Assembly: GCA_028293445.1 (NCBI GenBank)
Contig: JAQGOU010000251.1
Location: 1 to 61,163 of the forward strand
DNA: 61,163 bases
Source: Verrucomicrobiales bacterium
GTDB taxonomy: Bacteria; Verrucomicrobiota; Verrucomicrobiia; Limisphaerales; JACDHS01
Reading direction: 5' to 3'
Position numbers and translations under genes: made by a program. Shown here in pieces: positions 9,601 through 20,362 of the stretch; within the stretch, counting starts at the first letter, position 1; the number at the start of each line of letters is the position of its first letter. The notes beneath the pieces are model-generated. The model searched no databases. It saw nothing but the letters and a program-made list of their open reading frames with translations, and had not been told where the DNA came from.

Positions 9601-11124
9601 TTATCGTTCCAACCAGAAATATCTGCGGCGTCGTTGCACCAACGGAACTTCGAATTCGATGCGACTCCCCTGCCCCGGTTCGCCGGAGGCGCGAAATTCA
9701 CCACCCAACCGCGTCATACGTTGAGCCATATTCTTTAAACCATTCCGTTCCGGATCCTGCCTGGAGCCATCGAAACCTTTGCCATTGTCTTCCACCACAA
9801 CTTTGAGCACGTCGTTTTCACAATGAATCCGCAGGAAGAGTTCGTTGGCCTGCGAATGTTTGGCAGCATTATTCAATGCTTCTTTGACCGCGAGAAAAAG
9901 ATTGCGGCGCGTAGGCAAATCAAAGGTGACATCTGGCAGTTCCAACCCGATATCAAAGCGACAACGGATCGTCGAATCGCGCAGGAACGTTTCGGCATAC
10001 TTGCAGACGTAGCCAGCAAAGTCAGGCAACGTGTCGCATTGGGAATTGACGGTCCAAATAATTTCATTCACGGCACCTGACAAGTCCCGCACGCGTTCAC
10101 AGATCTGATCAATCTTTGCGCGTGTCACCGTCCCCGGCGGAAGCTCGCGTTGCGCGACTTCACCCAATAATACCACCTGCGTTAGTCTTGCGCCGAGATC
10201 ATCATGAAAATCTTGCGCGACACGAGTCCGCTCCGCTTTCAGGACCTCCTCCGCTTTTCTTTGCACGGCTAATTGCGCCATCAATTTCAGGCAGAAAATC
10301 CCAATGATGACCATGATGCAGGTGGAGGAAATCTGAAACCAGCCTGTCTGCCAAAATTCCAGATAGACGGGGCGGATGGGCACGCGAATAGTCCGTCCGA
10401 GCTGTTTCCACGGCGCAACTCCGAACATGCCGATGACCGCTGGCGTAGACCAGGTCGGCCGCGGCTGCTTCCGGGTGTGCCAATCGGTCTCGTCCTCAGG
10501 CACGATGCGCCAACTCTGGTCGGAAACGATTCTCAAGGAGGTGCCATCCTTCAGGTCAACGGCTAGATCAGCCAAAAGTCCTGCGTCCGAATATTCATTG
10601 AATGCTTCCACTGCGATGACGTGAATGCCGGGGGAAAGCACCCAGGTCAGATCATAATCAGTGAGCGTTCGCCATTCGCTGCCTTGCCCGAGCTTTCGGC
10701 CGTCGAGATAAACCGCGTAAGAGTTGTCCGCAGTCATGCGAAGATGAGCTTCGACCACAAATCCATCGCGGGGAATTTTAACCGTTTTCCAAAACCTGCA
10801 GCTCTGGCGGTCCGTCGTTTTATCGGCCCAAATCCACAAGCCGCCGCCATCAAAGTTTAATTTCGAAGACGCTGGTGGTGACAAAGTCGAGTTGGTTGCC
10901 CCCTGGAGGCCGCAGGTTGTAATCGCGAGAAGAAACAAGAACGCAATGAACTGGAAAACTCTCTTCACAATGACAAAGGTGTTGCGGAAAAGGCCTCGCA
11001 AAGGTCGAGCAATCGCATTGTTCCATTTATTGCGTTCATACCGAAGACGCCTGAACCATCCCTGTTTCTCGAATAAAACACGACTGGAAAAGTTTCCAAG
11101 CTGCAGGAATGGGCAATTACGCAT
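9601..11124 (-). CDS. Sensor histidine kinase (HisKA_3 + HATPase_c) with an extracytoplasmic galactose-binding-like beta-sandwich sensor domain
   Basis: H-box RVAQDFHDDLGARLTQV, N-box ALNNAAKHS, G-box VEDNGKGF. Two hydrophobic segments flank about 200 aa (LWIWADK..AHLRMTADNSYAVYLDGRKLGQGSEW..GIHVIAVEAFN) that resemble rhamnosidase-N/GH2-type sugar-binding sandwiches. The start (ATG at 11124) is uncertain. Confidence 0.85.
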   Translation of the reverse strand: MRNCPFLQLGNFSSRVLFEKQGWFRRLRYERNKWNNAIARPLRGLFRNTFVIVKRVFQFIAFLFLLAITTCGLQGATNSTLSPPASSKLNFDGGGLWIWADKTTDRQSCRFWKTVKIPRDGFVVEAHLRMTADNSYAVYLDGRKLGQGSEWRTLTDYDLTWVLSPGIHVIAVEAFNEYSDAGLLADLAVDLKDGTSLRIVSDQSWRIVPEDETDWHTRKQPRPTWSTPAVIGMFGVAPWKQLGRTIRVPIRPVYLEFWQTGWFQISSTCIMVIIGIFCLKLMAQLAVQRKAEEVLKAERTRVAQDFHDDLGARLTQVVLLGEVAQRELPPGTVTRAKIDQICERVRDLSGAVNEIIWTVNSQCDTLPDFAGYVCKYAETFLRDSTIRCRFDIGLELPDVTFDLPTRRNLFLAVKEALNNAAKHSQANELFLRIHCENDVLKVVVEDNGKGFDGSRQDPERNGLKNMAQRMTRLGGEFRASGEPGQGSRIEFEVPLVQRRRRYFWLER

Positions 11125-11279
11125 TCAGTATCAGGCTCTTAAGGTCATCCTGACGCGCTTTGTTTCGGTTGTATCGCGTCACTCTGAGCAAGACACCCAT
11201 AAGCAATAACGCCCGCGTCCTTCTTGACACAAGTTTCCGCAAACTTCATTTTCCTCTGCTCGCGCGCATCGCGACGTTT

Positions 11280-14126
11280 ATGAACAACACACATAATCTT
11301 TTTAATTCTCTCCAGAAATTCGACCTCGGCAACGGACAACAAGGTTTGTTCTTTTCACTGCCCGCCCTCGAAAAGGCCGGCATCGGTCACATTTCCCAAT
11401 TGCCGGTTTCCGTCCGCATCGTCCTCGAATCGGTGCTGCGCAATTGCGACGGCAAACGTGTGAGCGAAAAAAACGTGACGCAACTCGCACTGTGGCAACC
11501 GAGCGCCACGCGCACTGAGGAAATTCCGTTCGTCGTCGCGCGTATTGTCTTGCAGGATTTCACCGGCGTTCCCCTGCTCGTTGACCTCGCTGCGATGCGC
11601 TCCGCCGTGGCCCGCCTGGAAAAGAATCCGAAGATGATCGAACCACTCGTGCCGGTTGATCTCGTGGTTGATCACTCCGTGCAGGTTGATTTCGCCGGGA
11701 CGCCTGACGCAATGGAGCGCAATCTGGAAATGGAATTCTCCCGCAATCGCGAGCGTTACCAGTTTTTGAAATGGGGCATGCAGGCTTTTGATACGTTCAA
11801 GGTCGTGCCGCCCGGCATCGGCATTGTTCACCAGGTGAATCTCGAATATCTGGCCAAAGGCGTTCTCTCCGACAAGCATGGCGTTTATTATCCGGACACA
11901 CTCGTCGGCACCGACTCACACACCACGATGATTAACGGTCTCGGCATTGTCGGCTGGGGTGTCGGTGGTATCGAAGCCGAAGCGGGCATGCTGGGACAAC
12001 CGGTTTATTTCCTCACGCCAGATGTCGTCGGGGTCCATCTCACCGGCACGCTGAATGAAGGCGTCACGGCCACGGATCTTGCTTTGACGATCACGCAAAT
12101 ACTCCGCAAAGCGAAAGTGGTTGGAAAGTTTGTGGAATTTTACGGCCCCGGTGCGGCGGCGCTCAGCCTGGTCGATCGCGCAACGATTGCCAACATGGCG
12201 CCTGAATATGGCGCGACCATGGGCTTCTTCCCGATTGATGATGAATCAGTGCGTTATCTCCGTGGAACCGGTCGCAGTGAAGAACAATGTAAGACTTACG
12301 AAAACTATTATCGCGCCCAGGGCCTTTTCGGCATGCCGAAAAAGGGCGAGATCAAATACTCCAGCGACGTGGAGTTGAATTTGTCCACGGTGGTGCCAAG
12401 CGTGGCCGGACCGAAACGCCCGCAGGACCGCATTGAACTGACCAGTTTGAAAGAGGAGTTCAACAAGACGTTTTCGAAGCCAGTTACTGAAAGCGGCTTT
12501 GGCAAACCGGCAGAAGATTTGCATCGAACGTTTCGCATTGAATGCGATGGCGGCACGAAGTCCGGCGGCGGCAGTCAGGAACCGGTATCGCCGAAAGAAT
12601 CTTTAGCAAAGAACACCAACCCGACGACCGAACTCGAAATGGCGAATAATCGCCCCACACCGGACGCAGTCGAAGCGCAGACTTTCGTTTGCGGCGGCGA
12701 AATTGGTCACGGCAGCGTGTTAATTGCTGCGATCACGAGTTGCACGAACACGAGCAATCCAAGCGTGATGCTCGCAGCGGGTTTACTGGCCAAGAAAGCG
12801 GTCGAACGCGGGTTAAAGCCGAATGAACTGGTGAAATCCTCGCTCGCGCCGGGATCGCGTGTCGTGACCGATTATCTGAATAAAACCGGTTTGCAACCGT
12901 ACCTGGATCAACTCGGTTTCAACCTTGTTGGCTACGGGTGCACCACCTGTATCGGCAATTCCGGTCCGCTCGCAACGCCGATTGAAGACACAGTCGTAAA
13001 GAACGATCTCGTGGCCGCAAGCGTTCTCTCCGGCAATCGCAATTTCGAAGCCCGCGTGCATCAAAGTATCAAGGCGAACTTCCTCATGTCCCCGCCGTTG
13101 GTCGTCGCTTTCGCCCTCGCCGGTCGTGTGAATATCGATTTGAGCAAAGAGCCGATTGGCAAAGGCAAGAAAGGCGATGACGTTTACCTCAAAGATATCT
13201 GGCCGACCTTGAAGGAAGTGGCGGATCTGATGTCGTCGGCACTCACACCCGCAGGCTTCAGTTCATTGTATAAAGATTTTGAAAAACAAAATCCGAAATG
13301 GAATGAAATCCCGTCTAGCACTGGAAACATTTACGACTGGGACAAGCAGAGCACTTATATTCAGGAGCCGCCGTTCTTCAACAACTTCAGTCTGAAAGCT
13401 GGCGAAATCAAAGAGATCACCGGCGCACGCGCCCTCGGCGTTTTCGGCGACAGCGTCACGACAGATCACATCTCCCCTGCCGGCAGCATCAAGAAGAATT
13501 CTCCTGCTGGGAAATACCTGGAGGATCACGGCGTAAATTATGTTGATTTCAACAGCTACGGTTCTCGTCGTGGCAACGATCGCGTCATGACACGCGGCAC
13601 CTTTGCGAATGTTCGTATCAAAAACCTGATGGTTCCCGGTGTGGAAGGCGGCGTGACGAAATATCAGCCCACGGGCGAGCTGATGAGCATTTATGATGCG
13701 TCAGTCAAATACGCGGAACACAAGACGCCGTTGATCATCCTGGCTGGCCAGGAATACGGAACCGGCAGTTCACGCGATTGGGCGGCGAAAGGAACGAACC
13801 TTCTTGGCGTGAAAGTGGTCGTGGCGCAGAGTTATGAACGTATCCATCGCTCTAACCTCGTCGGCATGGGCGTGCTTCCGCTGCAATTCCAGGAAGGCAC
13901 CACGGCACAAACCTTGAAACTGGACGGCACGGAAACCTATGACGTCGTTGGTCTCGGCTCGAATCTGAAACCGCAACAAGACCTGACATTGCGCATTACC
14001 TATCACAATACCTCGGTCATCGACGTGCCGGTTCGCTGCCGGATCGATACCCCGATCGAAATCGATTATTACCAGCACGGCGGCATCCTGCCGTATGTGT
14101 TGCGGCAATTGATTGCCAAGGCTTAA
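11280..14126 (+). CDS. acnA: Aconitate hydratase A
   Basis: ATG at 11280 (the track start at 11160 is TTG, adding 40 junk residues). [17 protein letters not shown]..; Fe-S ligand motifs [10 protein letters not shown] and [10 protein letters not shown]; [11 protein letters not shown]; the C-terminal swivel domain is present. Confidence 0.95.
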   Translation: MNNTHNLFNSLQKFDLGNGQQGLFFSLPALEKAGIGHISQLPVSVRIVLESVLRNCDGKRVSEKNVTQLALWQPSATRTEEIPFVVARIVLQDFTGVPLLVDLAAMRSAVARLEKNPKMIEPLVPVDLVVDHSVQVDFAGTPDAMERNLEMEFSRNRERYQFLKWGMQAFDTFKVVPPGIGIVHQVNLEYLAKGVLSDKHGVYYPDTLVGTDSHTTMINGLGIVGWGVGGIEAEAGMLGQPVYFLTPDVVGVHLTGTLNEGVTATDLALTITQILRKAKVVGKFVEFYGPGAAALSLVDRATIANMAPEYGATMGFFPIDDESVRYLRGTGRSEEQCKTYENYYRAQGLFGMPKKGEIKYSSDVELNLSTVVPSVAGPKRPQDRIELTSLKEEFNKTFSKPVTESGFGKPAEDLHRTFRIECDGGTKSGGGSQEPVSPKESLAKNTNPTTELEMANNRPTPDAVEAQTFVCGGEIGHGSVLIAAITSCTNTSNPSVMLAAGLLAKKAVERGLKPNELVKSSLAPGSRVVTDYLNKTGLQPYLDQLGFNLVGYGCTTCIGNSGPLATPIEDTVVKNDLVAASVLSGNRNFEARVHQSIKANFLMSPPLVVAFALAGRVNIDLSKEPIGKGKKGDDVYLKDIWPTLKEVADLMSSALTPAGFSSLYKDFEKQNPKWNEIPSSTGNIYDWDKQSTYIQEPPFFNNFSLKAGEIKEITGARALGVFGDSVTTDHISPAGSIKKNSPAGKYLEDHGVNYVDFNSYGSRRGNDRVMTRGTFANVRIKNLMVPGVEGGVTKYQPTGELMSIYDASVKYAEHKTPLIILAGQEYGTGSSRDWAAKGTNLLGVKVVVAQSYERIHRSNLVGMGVLPLQFQEGTTAQTLKLDGTETYDVVGLGSNLKPQQDLTLRITYHNTSVIDVPVRCRIDTPIEIDYYQHGGILPYVLRQLIAKA

Positions 14127-14144
14127 TTAATTCTAGAAACAATA

Positions 14145-14182
14145 AACCTGCAACTGCGTGAGCGGTTGCAGGTTTTGTTTTT
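14145..14182. terminator. Bidirectional intrinsic terminator between the convergent acnA and isomerase genes
   Basis: AACCTGCAAC (14145-14154) pairs with GTTGCAGGTT (14165-14174). It is followed by TTGTTTTT and preceded by an A-rich run. Confidence 0.75.
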
Positions 14183-14196
14183 AAAGGACGAAAGAA

Positions 14197-15135
14197 TTAG
14201 AGCGACGCAAAAAGCTTTTCGAGGAACTCCCGATTGTAACGGGCACTCGCTGTGACTTCGTCGTAATTTTTACCAGCAGTCCCTTCAACCATCACCGGGC
14301 CATTGTAGCCAGCCTTCTTCAATTCCGAAAACACCGCACGAAAATCAACTTTGCCCGTGCCGAATTGAATCATCACGTTGCCCTTTTGTTTGTCGCAATC
14401 TTTGGCGCAGAAGCCAATCACATGCTTGGCGATGGGCTTCAGCTGCTCCAATGGATCCAGGCCGGTGTAGTAAACAATATTGCCGGCATCATACCAGATT
14501 TTCAGATTCGGACGATTCACCTTGGCGAGGCAACGTTCAATTTCTTCAGACGCACCGCTGCCGCCGCCGTGTGGTTTCAACACAACTTTGATGCCGCGTT
14601 CTTGCGCGTAATCAGCAGCATCGGCCATCATCTTGTAATAGGTCTCATACTGCTCCGGCTTATCCACCCCGAACGTCAGCAACGATTCCAACTTCAAAGT
14701 TTTCCCGTTATCGATTTGTTTGCGCGTGTCTTTAATCGCTTCGTCGAGGGCAAGATCAGGACGCGTGCGCAAGGCACCCATATTCGCAGTGAGACCTGAG
14801 GCTTTGATTCGTTTCGCCAGGCCTGCGAGGTATTCAGGGGTCGCATCGACACCGATGAACGGTTCGTCAGGCATCCGTGTGAGCAAGCCGATGGTTTTGT
14901 AACCGGCCTCTTTCATTCCTTTCAGTGCAACATCGAAACCCCAATTCGCCGGCATCGGTTTATTGAGAGGTTGCATCGCGGTGCCGTGCGCCTGCATCCA
15001 GGGCCGGTTGAAACAACCAACGGTCCACTTGGCGGTCTTCGCGTCAGCGAAGAGCGAACTGCTGACCGCCACGGCGGCTGTGGCCGTCGCGGAAGTTTTC
15101 AGAAAAGAACGGCGACTCATGGAATTTGTTTTCAT
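14197..15135 (-). CDS. Sugar phosphate isomerase/epimerase (xylose isomerase-like TIM barrel) with a Tat signal
   Basis: MKTNSMSRRSFLKTSATATAAVAVSSSLFA twin-arginine leader. Length and motifs (VVLKPHGG, IWYDAGNIVYY, VMVEG) are consistent with the AP_endonuc_2/TIM-barrel family. Confidence 0.75.
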   Translation of the reverse strand: MKTNSMSRRSFLKTSATATAAVAVSSSLFADAKTAKWTVGCFNRPWMQAHGTAMQPLNKPMPANWGFDVALKGMKEAGYKTIGLLTRMPDEPFIGVDATPEYLAGLAKRIKASGLTANMGALRTRPDLALDEAIKDTRKQIDNGKTLKLESLLTFGVDKPEQYETYYKMMADAADYAQERGIKVVLKPHGGGSGASEEIERCLAKVNRPNLKIWYDAGNIVYYTGLDPLEQLKPIAKHVIGFCAKDCDKQKGNVMIQFGTGKVDFRAVFSELKKAGYNGPVMVEGTAGKNYDEVTASARYNREFLEKLFASL

Positions 15136-15210
15136 GGAAATTTAATCGAGAATCTACAGACCGCGCGTTGGTCACAAGGATATTTTTCTTTGCCCAGCGG
15201 AACGTGGGAA

Positions 15211-16110
15211 TCAAGGGTAAGGGAACTTGCCGTTGTTGCTGTTGTCGTCCTCTGAAATCAGATAGGTCTCGGTCCAATTCTTGGAGAGGACGAACTGGGC
15301 ATGCGTGTCGGCGAACAGCATGTTGTCGCCTTCCAAACCGTGACCGTCATAGGGATTGGGGGCATTTTCATAGTTAATCCCAGTATGATTCGGCCCGGGT
15401 GGACTTTTTTGTGTTCCGGGTCCAACCAAGCGATCGGCAATGGTGAAGATTCTCGCGGGGCCGGGCGTTGTGCCAGGAAACCTGACGGCGTTTTGATACG
15501 TTTGCACCGACATAATCGTCTTTCGCGGACGCAACGCTAAATCGTATCGATGCCAAAAGCCGAACACTTCATAACTATGTCCGTTCGTAGCACCTTTCCA
15601 GGTACCGGTCGTCGTGAGATCCAACAGAGTGGGATAGGATACGCCCGCGTTGTTGTCGATCGACGTACCGGTCGAATTTGGATTGATGAAATTCTTTGTG
15701 GAAGGACAGGCAAAGGTTTTCGTATTTGGAACGTAAGATGGTGACCCTCTGAATCCATACAGCCAGTTTAAATCATCGTCTGACATTTGTGCCTGCGTTC
15801 CAAACTCAGGGGCGCCTGGAGGATTATCTTTAAAAGTCCCCGTGAGCATTCCTTTGGCCCCGACGAACACGCTGTTCCCTTCCGATGAGTCATCAGCAAA
15901 CAGTTGCTGCCCGGTGCCCATCTGCTTGAGATTACTCAAACAATTGATGCGATAGGCTCTCTCTTTCGCTTTGGTCAAGGCGGGCAGAAGCATCCCGGCG
16001 AGGATCGCAATGATAGCGATCACGACGAGCAACTCGATCAGGGTGAAACCGCGTTTCGGAACAATTTTGGTGGAGTTGATGCAAGATTCAGGACCTCTGT
16101 ATAGCTTCAT
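15211..16110 (-). CDS. Prepilin-type N-terminal cleavage/methylation domain protein (DUF1559-like, variant C-terminal H-X10-DT motif)
   Basis: ..[47 protein letters not shown], and C-terminal [19 protein letters not shown]. Confidence 0.85.
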   Translation of the reverse strand: MKLYRGPESCINSTKIVPKRGFTLIELLVVIAIIAILAGMLLPALTKAKERAYRINCLSNLKQMGTGQQLFADDSSEGNSVFVGAKGMLTGTFKDNPPGAPEFGTQAQMSDDDLNWLYGFRGSPSYVPNTKTFACPSTKNFINPNSTGTSIDNNAGVSYPTLLDLTTTGTWKGATNGHSYEVFGFWHRYDLALRPRKTIMSVQTYQNAVRFPGTTPGPARIFTIADRLVGPGTQKSPPGPNHTGINYENAPNPYDGHGLEGDNMLFADTHAQFVLSKNWTETYLISEDDNSNNGKFPYP

Positions 16111-16470
16111 AGCGGATGCTTGATCATTCTCAATTTGCTCCGTGAAGTCAAGCCGGTCGGGCCGCCAGGTTACGGTTAAACCCCTTTAAATTCTGGTGTT
16201 TTGGCCTTGTTACTCCCAGGACACATTTTCTCATTTTTGCGACCGCCAGCATCATCCACTGACCTGTTTTGTGACACTCAGGATCGTTACCCCTTCAGCT
16301 CTGGCGCACATTTCACCTCTCCTCACAGTTGGCACGATTCTCGCGAACAAAACTGCGGCGTTTCCCACGAATGCGACGGCTCGGTCATGTTACGATTACA
16401 CGTCCGAAAACAATGACTTTCGGCGTCAGGTTTGAGAATCATTATAAGTCTCCACTTCATATTTATTTGC

Positions 16471-19400
16471 ATGAAACTCTTCTTTTTTAGCGCGATTGTG
16501 GCTGTTCTTGCGGCAACATCCATCCCGGCAAATGCCCAGACAACAAAAGTGTTGACCCCACTTGGCAGTTTCGGCTCGCACGCGGACGGCAGCCTTCGCC
16601 CCGGGGACGTTGGTTATGTCAGCGAAAACACTTACCAGCGTGGCCTCGCCTATAATCCGGCGACCGGCAATTTGATTTTCATCGACCGGCAATCATCAGC
16701 CCAATCCGCGATCATGACCGGGAGCATTTATATCCTGAACCCTTCGACGGGTGAGGTTCTGGCACCGTTACAAACCGGAGGCATGGGGGGAGGCAGTTAC
16801 GCGGACATCTCCACATCCGTGTCTGATGACGGAGTGATCTACGTTTGCAACATGGTCAATAATGCCTCGACTAATAATTTCATCATTTATCGTTGGGACA
16901 GTGAGGCCAGCGGCACCGGCGCGAACCCCGTGGTGGTTTACAGCGGCGATCCTGCTCCCGGCATCATTCCTCGTTGGGGCGAAACCATGGATGTCCGCGG
17001 CTCAGGGGCCACTACGCAGATTCTCATCGGCTCGAAATCGCAAACCGGCGGAGTCGGAACCAACGTCGTGATTTTTACCGCCACAGACGCCAGCGCCACG
17101 AGTTTTGTAGCGCATCGTCTCAATACCGATTTGGCCGCTTCAGAAGCAGGCACCACTGGCGAGCCTGGAATGGGTGTCGCCTTCGGTTCCGGGAATACTT
17201 TCTGGACCAAACACAAAGGTGGCGCCCCGTTGCGTCAGTTGAGCTTCGATCTGGCCACCAGCACCAACGCCACGACCGTTCGCATTTTCAGCAGCACGAA
17301 TTTTCCCGGTGCGGCGAATCTCGGACCTGTGGCTGTGGACACCGTAAACAACCTTATGGCCCTTGGGGATCTCAGCGCGACGAACGCCGTCCGTCTCTAC
17401 GACATTTCCGACCTGAGCAAGCCACCAGTCTTATTAGACATCAAAACATTTCCGACCGCTTCAGCTACCGTCGCGACAGCCACCGGCATGTATTTGGACT
17501 TTGGTGGCGGAAAACTTTACGCCCACAGTATCAATAATGGGATTATGGGGTTCTCTATTGATTCGGTCTCCATGGACATCCCTCAGTTCATTACGCAGCC
17601 CAGCGGAACGGTCCGCACCCTGGAAGGCCGATCCGTTTCTTTTGAAGTCCTCGCTTCCCAGGCCACCTCTTATCAATGGAAAAAAAATGGCGCGAACATC
17701 GTGGGAGCCACCAGCCCGACAATTAATTTGACCGGTGTCACCACCAATAACACCGGCAGTTATTCGGTAAACATCGCGAATGCAGCGGGCACCAATGTCG
17801 CTACGAGCAGCGTTTATCTGAGTGTCGTTGCCGGGGTTGATTTGTTTCGACTCACTCCGCTGTGGTATTCCACAGTCGTGGGGAATGTCGACACCCTCAA
17901 TCCTTTCGCCACCAATTATATCAACCAGAAAGGCACCGCGAATACACCCAACCAGCGGACCTTCGCTTACGATGCTGGATTGAACCATCTGCTGCTCGTC
18001 AGCCGAACGAACAACGCGAGTTCGCTTTTTAATATTTACGTCATCAATGGAACCAATGGACAGTATCTCTACAATCTCAAGACCAATGGCGTGACCGGCG
18101 GTGCGATCAGCCTCGTTGGCATCGCCGCTGCCGACGACGGCTCGATCTACGCGTGCAGCATGGAAAATGTCACGGCTGTCTGGAAGTTATATCGCTGGGC
18201 GGATTCCGGCTCAAACACCCTTCCCAGTCTGGTCTTTTCCGGCGATCCGACCGGCCTAAGTGCAGTCTCCCGTTGGGGCGACGTCTTAACGGCGCGAGGC
18301 TCCGGCACCAACACACAGCTTCTTATTGATAATAATAAACAAGGCACAGCTGTTACCCCCTACATGGCACTGTTAACACCGGGAAATGCCGCTCTCACGA
18401 ACTTCACCAGCATTTACGGAAAGCTCGATACCAATTCTCCCATGCAACCCATTGGCCGAAGCATTCAGTTCGGGCCCAATGGCGCGAATGAAATGTGGTA
18501 TCGAAGCAAGGCCAGCAATTTGATGAAAGCCAGCTTTGATCCCACAACGTCTGCTGCCGACGCTCCACTTGTCGCTCAATATGCCCTGCCAACGTCTCTC
18601 GGTTCTGTGAGTATCGATTTCGGCCGCAATCTTCTCGCCGCCATTGATTTCAACGGCGCCGTGAACACCGCGCCGGACTCGGTTGCCCTCTACGAGGTCA
18701 GCGATCTCGCTGCGCCTATTTTGATCAATCGCTACAACTTCACGGTGAACGAGCCCTACACCGCCAGCGCGAACTTCATCAGCCAGATTTCATTTGTAGG
18801 TGATTACGTTTTTGCGCTGGATTGCAACAACGGCCTTGCCGCGTTCAAGATTGAATCTGGCCCCACGACACCGCCCACGATTGTTTCTCAGCCAACCGCA
18901 TTGCGCGTGGTCAGCGGCCAAACCGGTTCACTCTCGGTCGCTTCTCCCGACGCCACGGCCTTCCAATGGAAAAAGGATGGCTCAAATGTTTCCGGTGGAA
19001 CGGCCTCAAAATTGACCTTTACCAGTGCGCAGGTGACCAACAGCGGATCTTATTTGGCCGTGGTCAGCAATTCCAGCGGCTCGATCACGAGCTCCGTTGT
19101 CAGCGTGACGGTGATTTCCAGCAACGACGTTTATCAACTCGTCCAGAAATGGCAGTATCTGCCAGGCACAAATGATTTCGGCGCCTTTACGAATTACGTC
19201 ACTAAAAACGGTGGCAGCTCAACGCCGAACGAACGTTCCATCGCTTACAATTCTCTCTCGAATCAGCTGTATATCGCCCAAAAGAGCGGCAGTGACTTCG
19301 CTGTTCATGCGATTAACGCGAACACGGGCGTTGAGCAGTACCTGCTGAACACGAACCACCTGTTTTACGCTGTCCCGACATTTTCCGGAGGCTCGGGTCT

Positions 19401-20343
19401 CGGAATCGATGCCATTGGCGTTGCGGACGATGGAGCCATTTACGGCTGCAATCTGACGTCTGATGCCTGCGGCTGCACCAATGCGAATGGCGTCTGGCGG
19501 CTCTATCGCTGGGCCAATTCCGATCCGGCGACAGAGCCCGTCCAGGTTTTCCAAGGTGATCCAGCGGGGCAAACCACCTCTCTCCGCTGGGGAGATGTGA
19601 TGTCGGTGCGTGGCAGCGGCATCAACACTGAAATTGTCGTGAACAACAACCAGGGAACCTTTGGAGCCGTCCTGAGGCCGACCGACGGTTCCATGACGAC
19701 GTTTACGAGTTTCGGTTTTAGCGAGGCCAGCGCCAGCAGTCCAATTGGTCGCAGCCTGCAATTCGCCAAAGAAAACACCAACACGATCTGGCAGAAACGA
19801 TCCGGTTCTGATCTCCAGCTTCTCAGCTATGATCTTGGGACAAGCAACAGCACCACTGTCACAAATATTAGCATTCTCCCGGGCACGTGGGGTCCGGTCA
19901 TGGTGGTTGAAGCACCGAACGTCGTGGCGGGCATTAATTTCTCGGCGTCCGGTTCACCCGATACCGTGGAAATGTATGACACGTCGTTCACGCCCATGCT
20001 GTTGCTGAACGGTTATAATTTCCCGATTACCCATCAAGCCAATCAGCACTTGATTGGACAGGTGATCGTCACGGCAAACCGGGTCTTCGCCATAAATGGG
20101 AACAACGGAGTGGTGGCGTATGACCTGATCGCACCGATTAAGCCGCAAATAACTCTCACGAATTCGGCGAACAGCATCACTATCGCCTGGCCAACCGCCC
20201 TCACCGGTTATGGACTTCAGGGGACACCCGCCCTGCCTGTCGGCTGGACGAACGTGACGGCGACCATCACCACCAACAACGGCCAAAATTCGGTCACGTT
20301 GGGGAAGACTGGTTCCGCGCAATATTTTCGGCTGAAGAAGTAA
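16471..20343 (+). CDS. Giant secreted protein with three ~435-aa repeats (uncharacterised propeller-like module + Ig I-set domain) and a C-terminal ..YFRL domain
   Basis: ATG at 16471 (the track start at 16432 is TTG) gives the signal peptide MKLFFFSAIVAVLAATSIPANA. The signature (I/L)YRW(D/A)S..........V(Y/F).GDP......RWG(E/D).(M/L).(V/A)RGSG..T(Q/E)(I/L)L(I/V) recurs at nt ~16888, ~18190 and ~19503. Ig segments carry YQWKKNG / FQWKKDG. Confidence 0.85.
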   Translation: MKLFFFSAIVAVLAATSIPANAQTTKVLTPLGSFGSHADGSLRPGDVGYVSENTYQRGLAYNPATGNLIFIDRQSSAQSAIMTGSIYILNPSTGEVLAPLQTGGMGGGSYADISTSVSDDGVIYVCNMVNNASTNNFIIYRWDSEASGTGANPVVVYSGDPAPGIIPRWGETMDVRGSGATTQILIGSKSQTGGVGTNVVIFTATDASATSFVAHRLNTDLAASEAGTTGEPGMGVAFGSGNTFWTKHKGGAPLRQLSFDLATSTNATTVRIFSSTNFPGAANLGPVAVDTVNNLMALGDLSATNAVRLYDISDLSKPPVLLDIKTFPTASATVATATGMYLDFGGGKLYAHSINNGIMGFSIDSVSMDIPQFITQPSGTVRTLEGRSVSFEVLASQATSYQWKKNGANIVGATSPTINLTGVTTNNTGSYSVNIANAAGTNVATSSVYLSVVAGVDLFRLTPLWYSTVVGNVDTLNPFATNYINQKGTANTPNQRTFAYDAGLNHLLLVSRTNNASSLFNIYVINGTNGQYLYNLKTNGVTGGAISLVGIAAADDGSIYACSMENVTAVWKLYRWADSGSNTLPSLVFSGDPTGLSAVSRWGDVLTARGSGTNTQLLIDNNKQGTAVTPYMALLTPGNAALTNFTSIYGKLDTNSPMQPIGRSIQFGPNGANEMWYRSKASNLMKASFDPTTSAADAPLVAQYALPTSLGSVSIDFGRNLLAAIDFNGAVNTAPDSVALYEVSDLAAPILINRYNFTVNEPYTASANFISQISFVGDYVFALDCNNGLAAFKIESGPTTPPTIVSQPTALRVVSGQTGSLSVASPDATAFQWKKDGSNVSGGTASKLTFTSAQVTNSGSYLAVVSNSSGSITSSVVSVTVISSNDVYQLVQKWQYLPGTNDFGAFTNYVTKNGGSSTPNERSIAYNSLSNQLYIAQKSGSDFAVHAINANTGVEQYLLNTNHLFYAVPTFSGGSGLGIDAIGVADDGAIYGCNLTSDACGCTNANGVWRLYRWANSDPATEPVQVFQGDPAGQTTSLRWGDVMSVRGSGINTEIVVNNNQGTFGAVLRPTDGSMTTFTSFGFSEASASSPIGRSLQFAKENTNTIWQKRSGSDLQLLSYDLGTSNSTTVTNISILPGTWGPVMVVEAPNVVAGINFSASGSPDTVEMYDTSFTPMLLLNGYNFPITHQANQHLIGQVIVTANRVFAINGNNGVVAYDLIAPIKPQITLTNSANSITIAWPTALTGYGLQGTPALPVGWTNVTATITTNNGQNSVTLGKTGSAQYFRLKK

Positions 20344-20362
20344 TTTGCGGGAGGATCTTTGA

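Noticed and set aside
11224-11252. Sigma-70-like promoter for acnA (TTGACA at 11224-11229)
   Set aside because: The -35 hexamer is perfect, but the best -10 candidate at 17-bp spacing (CATTTT) matches only 3 of 6 positions. The promoter consensus for this phylum is uncertain, so it is not reported as a feature.
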